A stretch of 64,000 nt of DNA from Armatimonadota bacterium (GCA_038207085.1 JBBRAE010000006.1:65818-129817), one strand, 5' to 3'. Shown: positions 38,418 through 48,402, numbered from the stretch's first letter. Numbers and translations are program-made. Notes: generated from the sequence alone by a model not told the origin.

Positions 38418-38819
38418 ATGAGACGCTCTTCAAGTGAAGCGGAAACGCCCGATATGGATACGATGGAACACGTCGACCTGACCGCGGTAGACGGTGGACA
38501 GGCCCCAGCAGTGAAAACGGCGAAGTTTGCACAGATGGATACCCCTGTAGCTTCTACGTCGTCGAACACGATGGACCTGTTGCTTGATGTTCAGCTCGAA
38601 CTAAGCGTCGAGCTTGGACGTGCGGCGCTGTCTGTCAAAGATGTGCTTGGGATGGGGCCGGGGTCTGTAATCGAGCTCGATAAGCTCGGGGGCGAGCCGG
38701 TAGATATTCTCGTGAACGGCAAGATGATCGGGCGGGGCGAAGTAGTCGTTGTAGACGAAAACTTCGGGGTGCGCGTGACCGAGATTGTGAGCAAAGGCGG
38801 CGCGTCTGTGGCAGAGTAG
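38418..38819 (+). CDS. fliN: flagellar motor switch protein FliN/FliY (SpoA domain)
   Basis: C-terminal LLLDVQLELSVELGRAALSVKDVLGMGPGSVIELDKLGGEPVDILVNGKMIGRGEVVVVDENFGVRVTEI is the FliN/SpoA signature. Confidence 0.85.
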   Translation: MRRSSSEAETPDMDTMEHVDLTAVDGGQAPAVKTAKFAQMDTPVASTSSNTMDLLLDVQLELSVELGRAALSVKDVLGMGPGSVIELDKLGGEPVDILVNGKMIGRGEVVVVDENFGVRVTEIVSKGGASVAE

Positions 38820-39007
38820 GTAGCGTTACTGAACATCGATTCTTGGGTGGTGTGCCGGAGAAGGGCAGACACATTGGTCTGCCCCTACGGAGACACTCGC
38901 ATTGTCTGAATATCGGTAGAACAACTGAATAATGGATCCAGTCCGACGGTGCTACGTAGCGCCGTCTGCATAGCTGCGTAAGTTTCGACTGACGTGGCGC
39001 GGAAGGC

Positions 39008-39023
39008 TGGCACGGTAATTGCT
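39008..39023 (+). promoter_or_regulatory. sigma-54-type -24/-12 promoter element upstream of fliO-fliPQR-flhBAFG
   Basis: tGGcacggtaatTGCt is identical to the flgB copy. It lies 47 nt upstream of the 39071 start (65 nt from the alternative start at 39089). Confidence 0.55.
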
Positions 39024-39070
39024 GTATAAAGCGCGTCCGTGCCCTTTCGGCGCATCGGACATCATTTGAG

Positions 39071-40066
39071 TTGGAAGAGGAACTACTGATGTCGAGACGA
39101 ATTACAGCAGCTATGGGTGCAATTGCCGTCGCTCTGGCGGCAAGCGCAGCGGTTGCCCAGAACCCCGGTGGGGGATGGATCTCAGCCGTTTCAGGGAAGG
39201 CCAAAGTCGCCTCGCCCGTGCAGCCAACACCTGTCAAGTCCGACAGAATAGTGAAAGAGCAGGCAAAGCCCGCTCCCAAGGTGGAAAGCGTCGCTACTTC
39301 AACCCAGCCGGCGCGAGCGATTGAGCCAGCCGAAAAAGAAGCAACTACACCCTCACCAATCCATGCGCGCGTGGGGAAAAAGACCACACCTGTGGCCAAA
39401 ACTCCCCACATCCGCCGCGCGGAGCCTCAGAAGAGACTTCAAGTTTCGGGTCCGGTCGAGAAAATCGAGCATAGCGCCCAAGTCGCCCAGATCACTGAGA
39501 CCGCGCCCAAGCCTTCCGCCAAACTTGCCGCTCCCTCCTACAACAGGGGAGACCGGCCTGACATGATGGTTGCCGTTGCCCGGGAAGAAAACCTCGCCAA
39601 ATCAGCCAAGAGCGAAAAACAGAGCGTCACAGCTATGGCGCTTTCGATGATCGCCAAGCTCGCCGTGGTCCTTGCGCTTGCGTATCTCACGGTGAGGGTG
39701 ATCAAATGGTTCTCCGACCGCAAAGACGCCGTCCCAAGTGTGCGCCGCGACATGAAGATCGTCGACACCATCAAGCTCTCGAACACCAACAGCGTCCACA
39801 TGATAAGCGTCAAGGGCAAGACGATTCTCGTTGGTTGCTCATCGGGGCAGGTCAGCCTGCTCGGTGAGTTTGAAGGCGAGGAAGTCCCCGAAATCCAAGA
39901 ATCGGGCGACAACAGGTTTGCCGATTATCTTCTGAAATACTCCGGCGGAAGCGCAGAGAAGACCCCGGCGGGCCGGATGGCCGGATTGCTCAGGGACTGC
40001 AGCACCTATCTTCGCACCAGAGGCCTCGACGGCAGGACAGGCGAGGAGGCCCTCGATGAGGCCTAA
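39071..40066 (+). CDS. fliO: flagellar biosynthesis protein FliO/FliZ with a long N-terminal signal peptide plus Pro/Ala/Lys-rich extension
   Basis: C-terminal third ([20 protein letters not shown], then ...[39 protein letters not shown]) matches FliO/B. subtilis FliZ. The N-terminal 190 aa are low-complexity and follow a signal peptide. Confidence 0.6.
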   Translation: MEEELLMSRRITAAMGAIAVALAASAAVAQNPGGGWISAVSGKAKVASPVQPTPVKSDRIVKEQAKPAPKVESVATSTQPARAIEPAEKEATTPSPIHARVGKKTTPVAKTPHIRRAEPQKRLQVSGPVEKIEHSAQVAQITETAPKPSAKLAAPSYNRGDRPDMMVAVAREENLAKSAKSEKQSVTAMALSMIAKLAVVLALAYLTVRVIKWFSDRKDAVPSVRRDMKIVDTIKLSNTNSVHMISVKGKTILVGCSSGQVSLLGEFEGEEVPEIQESGDNRFADYLLKYSGGSAEKTPAGRMAGLLRDCSTYLRTRGLDGRTGEEALDEA

Positions 40067-40802
40067 GCTCACTCTTTTCGCTGGAGCATTCCTTGCGCTC
40101 TCTTGCGCGGCTGCCAACGCTCAGAACGGGATACCGAAGCTGAACATCGGGATTGAGGGCGGTAAGGGGACGGGGGACGTATCTTCGAGCCTTCAGATCC
40201 TGCTTGTACTGACGGTGCTTTCGCTTGCTCCGGCTATTTTGATGATGCTGACCTCGTTTACGAGGATCATCATCGTGCTCTCGTTCACCCGAAGCGCGCT
40301 AGGCACCCAGCAGGTTCCACCGAACTCGGTGCTGATCGGACTTGCGCTGTTTCTCACGTTTTTTACGATGGCGCCGGTGTTCAACTCGGTCAACGAGCGG
40401 GCGCTGCAGCCCTATATGCACAAGCAGGCCACCTTCGACCAGGCCATCGAGCGGGCATCGGCCCCGATCAGGGACTTTATGTTCAGACAGGTGAAAGAGA
40501 AAGACGTCGCACTCTTCATCAGCCTCGCGAAGATCGAGCGGCCGACGTCCGAGGCCGGAGTTCCGACCTACGTGCTCGTGCCGGCGTTTCTTGTTAGTGA
40601 GATGAGGACCGCTTTTACCATAGGGTTTTTGATATTTATACCGTTTTTGATAATCGATATGGTCGTCGCCGTTTCCCTGATGAGCATGGGAATGATGATG
40701 CTCCCGCCTGCGATGATCGCGCTGCCGTTCAAGATCCTGCTTTTTGTGCTGGTGGACGGCTGGCATTTGATATTCAAGTCGCTGGCGCTTAGTTTTAAGT
40801 AG
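40056..40802 (+). CDS. fliP: flagellar export apparatus protein FliP
   Basis: [63 protein letters not shown] is the FliP signature. Confidence 0.9.
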   Translation: MRPKLTLFAGAFLALSCAAANAQNGIPKLNIGIEGGKGTGDVSSSLQILLVLTVLSLAPAILMMLTSFTRIIIVLSFTRSALGTQQVPPNSVLIGLALFLTFFTMAPVFNSVNERALQPYMHKQATFDQAIERASAPIRDFMFRQVKEKDVALFISLAKIERPTSEAGVPTYVLVPAFLVSEMRTAFTIGFLIFIPFLIIDMVVAVSLMSMGMMMLPPAMIALPFKILLFVLVDGWHLIFKSLALSFK

Positions 40803-40824
40803 CTGGCATTAGGAAGTTAGAGAG

Positions 40825-41094
40825 ATGACAGATACAACAGTTATCGATATTGGGCAGAAGGCGCTGATTGTCACACTGACGGTCTGCGCGCCGATTCTTG
40901 GAGTTGGGTTGGTGATTGGGCTTGTAATCAGCGTGTTTCAGGCGGCGACGCAGATTCACGAGGCGAGCCTTACGTTTATCCCCAAGATGGTCGGCATTGC
41001 CGTTGCCCTCATATTTTTCGGGCCCTGGATGATCCAGCAGATAGTCTCTTACACGACGAACCTGCTGCAGAGCATCCCGACACTGGTGCGTTAA
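40825..41094 (+). CDS. fliQ: flagellar export apparatus protein FliQ
   Basis: 89-aa two-TM protein with ALIVTLTVCAPILGVGLVIGLVISVFQAATQIHEASLTFIPKMV. Confidence 0.9.
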   Translation: MTDTTVIDIGQKALIVTLTVCAPILGVGLVIGLVISVFQAATQIHEASLTFIPKMVGIAVALIFFGPWMIQQIVSYTTNLLQSIPTLVR

Positions 41095-41886
41095 ATGGAT
41101 ATCGCCTACTTCGGAATAGCAAAGCTTGAGGTGCTGCTCCTAGTGTTCGTCCGAACAGCGGGAATATTCACCCTTGCGCCGATATTCGGCGCCCACCAGG
41201 TGCCTTCGCAGGTGCGAGTCGGGATCGCGCTTGGGCTTGCACTTGTCTTTGTGCCGCTTGCTATGCCTGCGGCGGGTGCGGCTCCGCTTGCTTCGGATAT
41301 TCCGACGATGGCGCTGTTGATCGTCAAAGAGGCGATGGTTGGGCTTGTGATAGGGTTTGTGACGATACTTGTGTTCTTCGCGATCGAGGCCGCGGGCGAG
41401 TTTGTCGACCTGCAGTCGGGCTTTAGCTTTGCAAGTACGGTCGACCCGGCGTTCAGCCACAATACGGCAGTGTGCGGCAGGTTCTACAATATCCTCGCCG
41501 GGCTGCTCTTCTTTGTCACAAACGCGCACTACGTGCTCCTGAGCGGTCTGGCCGACAGCTTCAGGGCGGTGCCCGTCGGAGCTTTTGAACTTAACCCCGC
41601 GGTTGTCGGTGGCGCGCTCGACCTGTTTACGGGGCTTTTTGCGATCGCGCTTCGGATAGCCGCTCCGGTGATCGCCGCGGTGTTTCTTACTGATGTTGCG
41701 ATGGCGATCATCTCCCGCGCGGTGCCGCAGATGAACATTTTGATGGTCGGAATGCCCGTCAAGCTCGGCGTCGGGCTGGTCGGGATGATGATTGCGCTGC
41801 CGATCGCCGTTGCTCTAAGCCGCGACACACTCGGCAACATTCATCTATATACCAGTGGCCTGCTCAGGCTGCTTGTGGCGAGTTAG
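41095..41886 (+). CDS. fliR: flagellar export apparatus protein FliR
   Basis: 263-aa polytopic protein. Its start overlaps the fliQ stop. Confidence 0.85.
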   Translation: MDIAYFGIAKLEVLLLVFVRTAGIFTLAPIFGAHQVPSQVRVGIALGLALVFVPLAMPAAGAAPLASDIPTMALLIVKEAMVGLVIGFVTILVFFAIEAAGEFVDLQSGFSFASTVDPAFSHNTAVCGRFYNILAGLLFFVTNAHYVLLSGLADSFRAVPVGAFELNPAVVGGALDLFTGLFAIALRIAAPVIAAVFLTDVAMAIISRAVPQMNILMVGMPVKLGVGLVGMMIALPIAVALSRDTLGNIHLYTSGLLRLLVAS

Positions 41887-41898
41887 GGAGGCCCCAAG

Positions 41899-42960
41899 TT
41901 GGCGATGCAGGAAAAATCGGAGAAGGCAACCGGGAAACGTCGGACAGAAGTCCGAAAAGATGGGCGAGTCGCCAAAAGCAACGATGTGACCCAGGCCATC
42001 GTGATGCTATTTGCGCTGATCGTTCTCAGGTCTGCTGGTGTGCGGATGTTTTCCGGGATGAAAGAGCTCGTTGCGGGGTCGCTTTCATCGCTGCATTCGA
42101 CGAGCATAAGCCCGGAGAACCTCGGGCACCTGGCGACGCTTTACGGGATGAAGTTTGTTTCGATCTGTATGCCGCTTGCGGTTACAGTGGGCTGCGTCGG
42201 GGTTGCGGCAAACGTGATGCAGGTGGGCTTCAAGGTGACGCCAAAGGCGATCGCGCCGAAGCTGAGCAACTTGAACCCGATATCGGGGATTCAAAAGCTT
42301 GTGACGATGCGCGGCCTGGTCGAGCTTTTGAAGTCGATCGCAAAGATCATGGTCGTCGGCTGGTTTGCTTACACTTTTGTAAAGAAAGAGTTTCCTGCGC
42401 TTCTTGATCTTACGTCTATGCCGCTTCCACAGATGGGAAGTGTGATCGCTGGAATGGCCTGGCGGCTTATGATGCGCGGTACGATCGCGATGCTTATCAT
42501 CGGGACCATCGACTATGTCTATCAGAAGCGGTCTTTTGAAAACAGTATCAAGATGACCAAGCAAGAGGTCTTCGATGAGATGAAACAGTCCGAAGGAGAC
42601 CCGGCGGTCAAGGGCCAGATCAAGGCAAAGCAGCGTGAGATGGCGAGGCGGCGGATGATCCGGGACGTTCCCAAGGCTGATGTGATCATCACCAACCCGA
42701 CCCACTTCGCAATCGCGATCAAGTATGACCCGGCGACGATGTCCGCGCCGGTCGTTATAGCCAAAGGGCAGCGCCTGATGGCTCTTAAAATTAGATCGAT
42801 AGCCGAGGCAAACGGGATTCCAATCGTTGAGAACCCGCCCGTCGCCCGGCTTCTTTATAAGACAGTTGAGATTGGGGAGCATATCCCCGAAGAGCTCTTC
42901 CAGACCGTAGCCGAGATCCTCGCCTACGTGTTCCAGATGAGCAAAAAGTCGGTGGCGTGA
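41899..42960 (+). CDS. flhB: flagellar export apparatus protein FlhB
   Basis: N-terminal TM domain plus a C-terminal domain with the NPTH autocleavage site (ITNPTHFAIAIKYD). Confidence 0.9.
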   Translation: MAMQEKSEKATGKRRTEVRKDGRVAKSNDVTQAIVMLFALIVLRSAGVRMFSGMKELVAGSLSSLHSTSISPENLGHLATLYGMKFVSICMPLAVTVGCVGVAANVMQVGFKVTPKAIAPKLSNLNPISGIQKLVTMRGLVELLKSIAKIMVVGWFAYTFVKKEFPALLDLTSMPLPQMGSVIAGMAWRLMMRGTIAMLIIGTIDYVYQKRSFENSIKMTKQEVFDEMKQSEGDPAVKGQIKAKQREMARRRMIRDVPKADVIITNPTHFAIAIKYDPATMSAPVVIAKGQRLMALKIRSIAEANGIPIVENPPVARLLYKTVEIGEHIPEELFQTVAEILAYVFQMSKKSVA

Positions 42961-43008
42961 GAGGCTGACAGCTGATAGCTGACAGCTGATAGCTACAAGG
43001 AGTTTTCC

Positions 43009-45123
43009 GTGGCAGTTAGCACAACACAAAAGAAGCAGTCCAGTGGGCTGATGGATTTGGTTAAGCATAGCGACATAACGGTCGCGATCGGCGCGGTGAT
43101 GATCATCGGGATGATGATCATGCCGATGCCGCACTGGTTGCTCGACATCATGCTCGTTTGCAACATCACAGCGGCGCTTACCATGCTGCTCGTGACGGTG
43201 TATACGGTCCACCCGCTTGAGTTCGCGTCGTTTCCGGCGATGCTCCTGATCACGACGCTTTTCAGGCTTGCGCTCAACATTTCGGCTACGAGGCTGATTC
43301 TGCTGCACGGGAGCGCGGGGGCGGTGATCTCGGCCTTTGGGTCGGTGGTCGTCGGAGGAAACTACGTCGTAGGCGTCGTTGTGTTTATCATCTTGATTAT
43401 AGTTCAGTTTGTAGTCATCACCAACGGCACGGGACGCGTCGCGGAAGTTGCCGCAAGGTTCACCCTGGACGCGATGCCCGGCAAGCAGATGGCGATCGAC
43501 GCCGACCTAAACGCAGGCATCATCGACGAAAACGAGGCCAGGGAACGGCGAAAGAACGTCGGTCGCGAAGCGGACTTCTACGGAGCGATGGACGGAGCCA
43601 GCAAGTTCGTCAAAGGCGACGCCACAGCGGCGGTCATTATGATCGTCGTCAATATTCTTGGCGGCTTCGCAGTCGGAATCTTCCAGCGCCACATGGACCT
43701 GATGTCCGCGCTTCAGCATTATACGCTTCTTACCATAGGTGAAGGGCTTGTGACCCAGATTCCCGCGCTTATCGTTTCGACGACGACCGGTCTTATGGTC
43801 ACGAAATCGGCGACAGAGAACAACATGGGCAAGGATATCGCCACCCAGTTCCTCTCGCAGCCCAAGGCCCTAATGGTCGCAGGGAGCGTCTGCGGGGTGC
43901 TCGCACTTGTCCCTGGGATCCCAAAGGTTCCGTTTCTTATGGTCGCCGCGATCATCGGGGCACTTGGCTACATGCTGAAGAATAAGCCCGCCGATGTTAA
44001 AGATGAGTCAGGCGAGGCGTCGGCAGCCGACGCGCCCAAGGGGCCGGAGTCGATGACCGAACTTCTCAGCGTTGACCCGCTCGAGGTCGAGCTCGGTTAC
44101 GGGCTGATCTCCCTAGCCGATCCGAAGCAGGGTGGGGACCTTCTTGAGAGAATTACAGCAGTTAGAAGACATGCGGCGATCGACCTCGGACTGCTCGTTC
44201 CTGCTATCCGAGTAAGAGACAATTTGCAGCTAAGGCCAAACGAGTACTGCGTGAAACTGCGCGGGCTTGAGATCGCTTCAGGCGATATTTACCCCGGTCA
44301 GCTCCTTGCGATGAACCCGGGCACGGCGGTTGCGCCACTTCGGGGAATGGAGACCGTCGAGCCCGCGTTTGGGCTGCCGGCGATCTGGATCAGCGATATG
44401 CAGCAGGCTGAGGCCGAGATGAACGGCTACACCGTCGTCGACCCGCTTACGGTGACGATCACGCACCTGACTGAGCTCATCCGAAAGCACGCGCCGGAGA
44501 TTCTGACGCGCCAGGACACTCAGACCTTGATCGATGCCGTGAAAGAGCAGTCGCCTTCAGTAGTCGACGAGCTTATTCCGGGGATGCTGACCACTGGTGA
44601 CGTCCAGAAGGTGCTCCAGAACCTGCTTGCTGAGCGGGTGTCGGTGAAGGACCTCGCATCCGTCCTTGAGGCGCTATCTGATGCGGCCAGGATGACTCGG
44701 GATATCGACCTGCTCTCTGACTATGTGCGACAGGCGCTTGCGAGGCAGATCACCAAGCAGTATCAGGGTCCTGACGGCACGGTGCACGTGTTTACGCTCG
44801 ACCCGTCCATAGAGCAGGCGATGGCCGATGGCCTCAGGCAGACCGATGTAGGCACACAGCTCGTGCTCGACCCAATGACGGTCCACAGGGTGCTTGAGTC
44901 GACCCGCTTGCAGGTCGAGAGGATGGGTGCGCTCGGTCATCAGCCGGTCGCGCTTTGCTCTCCTAGAATCAGAATACATTTCCGCAGGCTCGCGGAGCGG
45001 ATGGTTCCGAGCCTTGCGGTGCTTTCTTACAATGAACTGGCCTCAGGCGCTAAGCTTGAGACGGTTGGAATGGTGACGATTGCAGATGAAAGTGCTGAAA
45101 ATAAGATCCCGCAGTATGCGTGA
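43009..45123 (+). CDS. flhA: flagellar export apparatus protein FlhA
   Basis: 704 aa, with an N-terminal 8-TM domain containing FHxDxxN-like motifs and a large C-terminal cytoplasmic domain. Confidence 0.9.
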   Translation: MAVSTTQKKQSSGLMDLVKHSDITVAIGAVMIIGMMIMPMPHWLLDIMLVCNITAALTMLLVTVYTVHPLEFASFPAMLLITTLFRLALNISATRLILLHGSAGAVISAFGSVVVGGNYVVGVVVFIILIIVQFVVITNGTGRVAEVAARFTLDAMPGKQMAIDADLNAGIIDENEARERRKNVGREADFYGAMDGASKFVKGDATAAVIMIVVNILGGFAVGIFQRHMDLMSALQHYTLLTIGEGLVTQIPALIVSTTTGLMVTKSATENNMGKDIATQFLSQPKALMVAGSVCGVLALVPGIPKVPFLMVAAIIGALGYMLKNKPADVKDESGEASAADAPKGPESMTELLSVDPLEVELGYGLISLADPKQGGDLLERITAVRRHAAIDLGLLVPAIRVRDNLQLRPNEYCVKLRGLEIASGDIYPGQLLAMNPGTAVAPLRGMETVEPAFGLPAIWISDMQQAEAEMNGYTVVDPLTVTITHLTELIRKHAPEILTRQDTQTLIDAVKEQSPSVVDELIPGMLTTGDVQKVLQNLLAERVSVKDLASVLEALSDAARMTRDIDLLSDYVRQALARQITKQYQGPDGTVHVFTLDPSIEQAMADGLRQTDVGTQLVLDPMTVHRVLESTRLQVERMGALGHQPVALCSPRIRIHFRRLAERMVPSLAVLSYNELASGAKLETVGMVTIADESAENKIPQYA

Positions 45124-46141
45124 AGCGCTTGACCGGGCTCATCAGGAGCTCGGGGCAAACGCTACCATACTCCATACGAAGCTATTTGAGGAGCCTGCGC
45201 TATTTGGCTTTTCCAGGAACCGTGGCGTTGAGATTCTCGCCGCTGTGGACTCGCCTGCGCCTGCCGGTGGTGTTCCGGTGATCACAAGCGCGACTCCTGT
45301 AAGCCAGGTCGAAAGCATGACCGCTCAGATATCTGACATGAAGCACATTCTGGCACGGATGGCCCCGTCACCGGCCCCCGAGCCAGAGAAGCCTAAGTCG
45401 GTTGTCTTCGAGCGCCTGCTGAAGAATGGAGTTAGCCACTCGGTTGCAGAATCAGTCGCAGCCCTGCTTAACTCTGAGCAGGATAACGAACAAATATTAA
45501 ACAAGCTTGCACAGCGCGTGCCCTGCTCGGGGCCAGTGAAGTGCGACAAACGCCAGGCCCGAATCGCACTCGTTGGCCCGACCGGAGTCGGCAAAACAAC
45601 GACTGCGGCCAAGCTTGCGGCGCACTACGCGATCGTTGAGAAGAAGAAAGTCGCGCTGCTCACGCTTGATACCTACAGAGTAGGCGCAGTCGAGCAGCTT
45701 TCTACCTACGCTAGAATCTTGAACGTGCCGATCGAGGTCGCCCTTTGCCCCGAAGACGTCGATGCGATGATCCAGAAACACAAGGACAAAGATGTGATCG
45801 TGATCGACACCGTCGGGCGAAGCCAGCGCAACAGCTCGCAGCTCTCAGAGCTTGCGAACTTCGTGCGAGCGGCTAACCCGACCGAGGTGCATCTGGTGAT
45901 CTCTGCGTCGTCGAGCCAAGCGGTCCAGACTGAGGCGGTCGACAACTTCAGGAAGATGTCCGCAGACAGGCTGATCCTGACCAAGCTCGACGAGTCTCCG
46001 CTTTCGGGGTGCATACTCGACCTTGCAGTGACTACACTGCTGCCGTTCTCCTACATCACTTACGGTCAAGAAGTTCCCGACGATATCTCAGTCGCCGAAA
46101 AGGGACGGCTGGCCCGACTTGTGTGGGAGGGGATGCCCTGA
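45080..46141 (+). CDS. flhF: flagellar biosynthesis GTPase FlhF (SRP-like)
   Basis: SRP-type GTPase motifs LVGPTGVGKTTTAAKLAA and DTVGRSQ, and a C-terminal TKLDE motif. Confidence 0.85.
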   Translation: MQMKVLKIRSRSMREALDRAHQELGANATILHTKLFEEPALFGFSRNRGVEILAAVDSPAPAGGVPVITSATPVSQVESMTAQISDMKHILARMAPSPAPEPEKPKSVVFERLLKNGVSHSVAESVAALLNSEQDNEQILNKLAQRVPCSGPVKCDKRQARIALVGPTGVGKTTTAAKLAAHYAIVEKKKVALLTLDTYRVGAVEQLSTYARILNVPIEVALCPEDVDAMIQKHKDKDVIVIDTVGRSQRNSSQLSELANFVRAANPTEVHLVISASSSQAVQTEAVDNFRKMSADRLILTKLDESPLSGCILDLAVTTLLPFSYITYGQEVPDDISVAEKGRLARLVWEGMP

Positions 46142-46953
46142 TGGACCAGGCGGCAAGGCTTCGCGCATTAATATCTGGAGATGACAGGGCAAGCGCCACT
46201 GCGACAATCGAGCGCCCCGAAGGGCTCGGACATATCATTGCGGTCACAAGCGGCAAGGGTGGGGTGGGCAAGACGACCGTTGCGGTCAACCTCGCGACCC
46301 TGATCGCGGAGACTGGGAAAAGCGTGCTGCTCGTAGACGCTGACCTCGGGCTTGCAAACGTCGACGTGATGCTGGGGATCGACGCTACCCGTCACCTCGG
46401 GCATCTCTTGACCGGCGCGTTTTCGGCCGAAGAGATTGCCGTGGACGGCCCTAGAGGCATGCGCGTGATCTCCGGGGGCTCGGGACTAAGAGAACTTGCA
46501 GATGCAAATGCAAATGACCGAAAGATTATACTGGAGAAATTACTAGGTTACTGCCGACAATATGATTGTACGATAATCGATACTAGCCCCGGCATAAGTG
46601 GGGACGTGACCGATTTCCTGCAAAGCGCAAGCGAAATACTCGTTGTCACGACTCCCGAGCCGACGGCTCTTCGCGATACCTACGCGGCCCTGAAGACGAT
46701 CTCGATTAGGCTGCCGGAGACACCGGTAAGGATCGTAGTCAACTCGGCCTCGGCCCGCCAGGCGGCTGACTCGGTAGCCGCGGTGAACGCTGTGGCGAGT
46801 AAGTTTTTAGGGAAAAATTATACAAACTATAACAATATCGAACCAGATGAGCTTGTGCGCAGGTCTGTAAGAGAGCGGCGGGTGCTTGTCGATAGTTTCC
46901 CAAGGTCGCATGCTTCGGACTGTATCCGAAAACTTGCGAAATCGATTTGTTAG
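46141..46953 (+). CDS. flhG: MinD/ParA-type ATPase FlhG (YlxH/FleN)
   Basis: Deviant Walker A motif IAVTSGKGGVGKTTVAVNLA. Start MDQAARL overlaps the flhF stop (TGATG). Confidence 0.85.
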   Translation: MDQAARLRALISGDDRASATATIERPEGLGHIIAVTSGKGGVGKTTVAVNLATLIAETGKSVLLVDADLGLANVDVMLGIDATRHLGHLLTGAFSAEEIAVDGPRGMRVISGGSGLRELADANANDRKIILEKLLGYCRQYDCTIIDTSPGISGDVTDFLQSASEILVVTTPEPTALRDTYAALKTISIRLPETPVRIVVNSASARQAADSVAAVNAVASKFLGKNYTNYNNIEPDELVRRSVRERRVLVDSFPRSHASDCIRKLAKSIC

Positions 46954-46959
46954 AAGTTC

Positions 46960-47040
46960 TTAGCCCGCTTTATTCGTCAAGCGAATAAAGCTTTCGCTAA
47001 CAGAGCATTATTCACGCTACTCGTGAATAATGTGGATTAG
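46960..47040. repeat. 80-bp double-hairpin REP/MITE-like element, full copy
   Basis: Near-identical to 13213..13293, with a c for g change in loop 1 and terminal ...aataatgtggattag. It lies in the flhG-pilZ intergenic space. Confidence 0.7.
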
Positions 47041-47117
47041 TGAGCAGTCGGAGATCATCGCGTCCCGCAGGCATGCAGCCTGGCGATCGGAGTGGTCTCA
47101 TTGGAGGACAAAACTAT

Positions 47118-48170
47118 ATGCTGTGGCCGATGCACAAGAACAAACAGCAGAGCAAAGAGCAAGAGGAAGGGATATTCGGACTGGTCCGCATCAATGACCG
47201 GATCGGTATCGATCATCAGGGCAGTTCATACGTTACCAGAATCGAGGACATTCGTCCCGATGAGATAGATGTGGCGGCTCCGGCAGGATCAAGCGGCGCT
47301 GGGCTTAGGCTCGGACGCAAGGTGGTGCTTTGTCTCTACCTGCAGCGTGGACTGAGACGCTATTCCGCGACGATCAAGGCGGTTACGACCGACAGAGTGC
47401 CGCTGCTCGTGCTGAACAATTTTGCGGATATGGGAACAGTTGAGCAGCGCAACTTCGAGCGCGTGAAAGACCAGCTTCAGCTGCATTATCGCTCTGAGAT
47501 CGGTATGGGGAGCACCGCGCCGTGGTGCACGGGGACGACCCGGGACATAAGCGGTGTCGGCGCGCACCTGATGACCGATGAGGCCGATGGCCTTAGTGGT
47601 GGCGCGTTCATCGAAGTGGAGCTGTTTTTGCCGGTGGACAAGCCTGTCCGCGCACTTGCCCGAGTGGTAAGAGTAGGCAAGGCGCACAGCGGATCGTTCA
47701 AGTATTCGCTCGCTCTACGGTTTGCTCAGATCAAGGATGTCGACCGCACAAGAATCGTGAAACACGTTCGATCACGGGCCGCGGCGCTTGAATCGGACCG
47801 ACGGGGCGTCGTCAGGTGCAAGCAGCAGGTGCCGATGAAGTATCGGCCCAATATGGGCGGCAAGGTAGTTAACTGGATGAACGGCGGGATCCAGGATGTG
47901 AGCACAGGCGGGCTGAGAATCGTCGTCGGAGAGGCCTCCGGGCTTGCCATCGGTACCGCTCTCGATATCAAGCTCGAGCTTCCTGGTAAGAAAGATGTCA
48001 TCATCCAGTGCGAGGCAGTCTGGGTTCGCCCAAACGCCAACGTCAAGGACGGTGGGTTCCAGATCGGCGCCAAATACGCCAAGATTTCACCTCAGGCGCA
48101 GGCCGAGATAGCGGCGTTTGTCGCAAACTCTCAGGTTGATGACCGCTCCGAATGGAAGGACGCTGCGTAA
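47118..48170 (+). CDS. PilZ domain c-di-GMP-binding protein (YcgR-like, two PilZ-like modules)
   Basis: The first module has QRNFERV...DISGVGAHL (RxxxR ... DxSxxG) and the second has RRGVVRCK...DVSTGGLRI. The preferred start MLWPMHK follows GGAGGA. The ORF track opens at 47040, inside the repeat. Confidence 0.7.
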   Translation: MLWPMHKNKQQSKEQEEGIFGLVRINDRIGIDHQGSSYVTRIEDIRPDEIDVAAPAGSSGAGLRLGRKVVLCLYLQRGLRRYSATIKAVTTDRVPLLVLNNFADMGTVEQRNFERVKDQLQLHYRSEIGMGSTAPWCTGTTRDISGVGAHLMTDEADGLSGGAFIEVELFLPVDKPVRALARVVRVGKAHSGSFKYSLALRFAQIKDVDRTRIVKHVRSRAAALESDRRGVVRCKQQVPMKYRPNMGGKVVNWMNGGIQDVSTGGLRIVVGEASGLAIGTALDIKLELPGKKDVIIQCEAVWVRPNANVKDGGFQIGAKYAKISPQAQAEIAAFVANSQVDDRSEWKDAA

Positions 48171-48402
48171 GCGTTGTGTCAAAGTGAACGAGTTCTGGTG
48201 GTTTGTCAGCTTTGTAATATCGGTCACCGGCTTTATGATAGCCGGCGCGGTATCGTTTCTGGGCGGCGAGGACATGTTCTACGTCGCGCTGAAGTCGATC
48301 GGCGCATTTGTTATTCTGTGGATAGCGCAGTCGTTTCTGCGAGGACTTCTGGCCGTTGCCGGAAGCGCGGTTGAACCCGGGCAGCTTCCGGAGAAGGAAT
48401 AG
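48139..48402 (+). CDS. small hypothetical membrane protein (two predicted TM helices)
   Basis: ORF between pilZ and fliA with hydrophobic segments FWWFVSFVISVTGFMIAGAV and IGAFVILWIAQSF. The start is uncertain (ATG 48139 or GTG 48184). Confidence 0.35.
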   Translation: MTAPNGRTLRKRCVKVNEFWWFVSFVISVTGFMIAGAVSFLGGEDMFYVALKSIGAFVILWIAQSFLRGLLAVAGSAVEPGQLPEKE

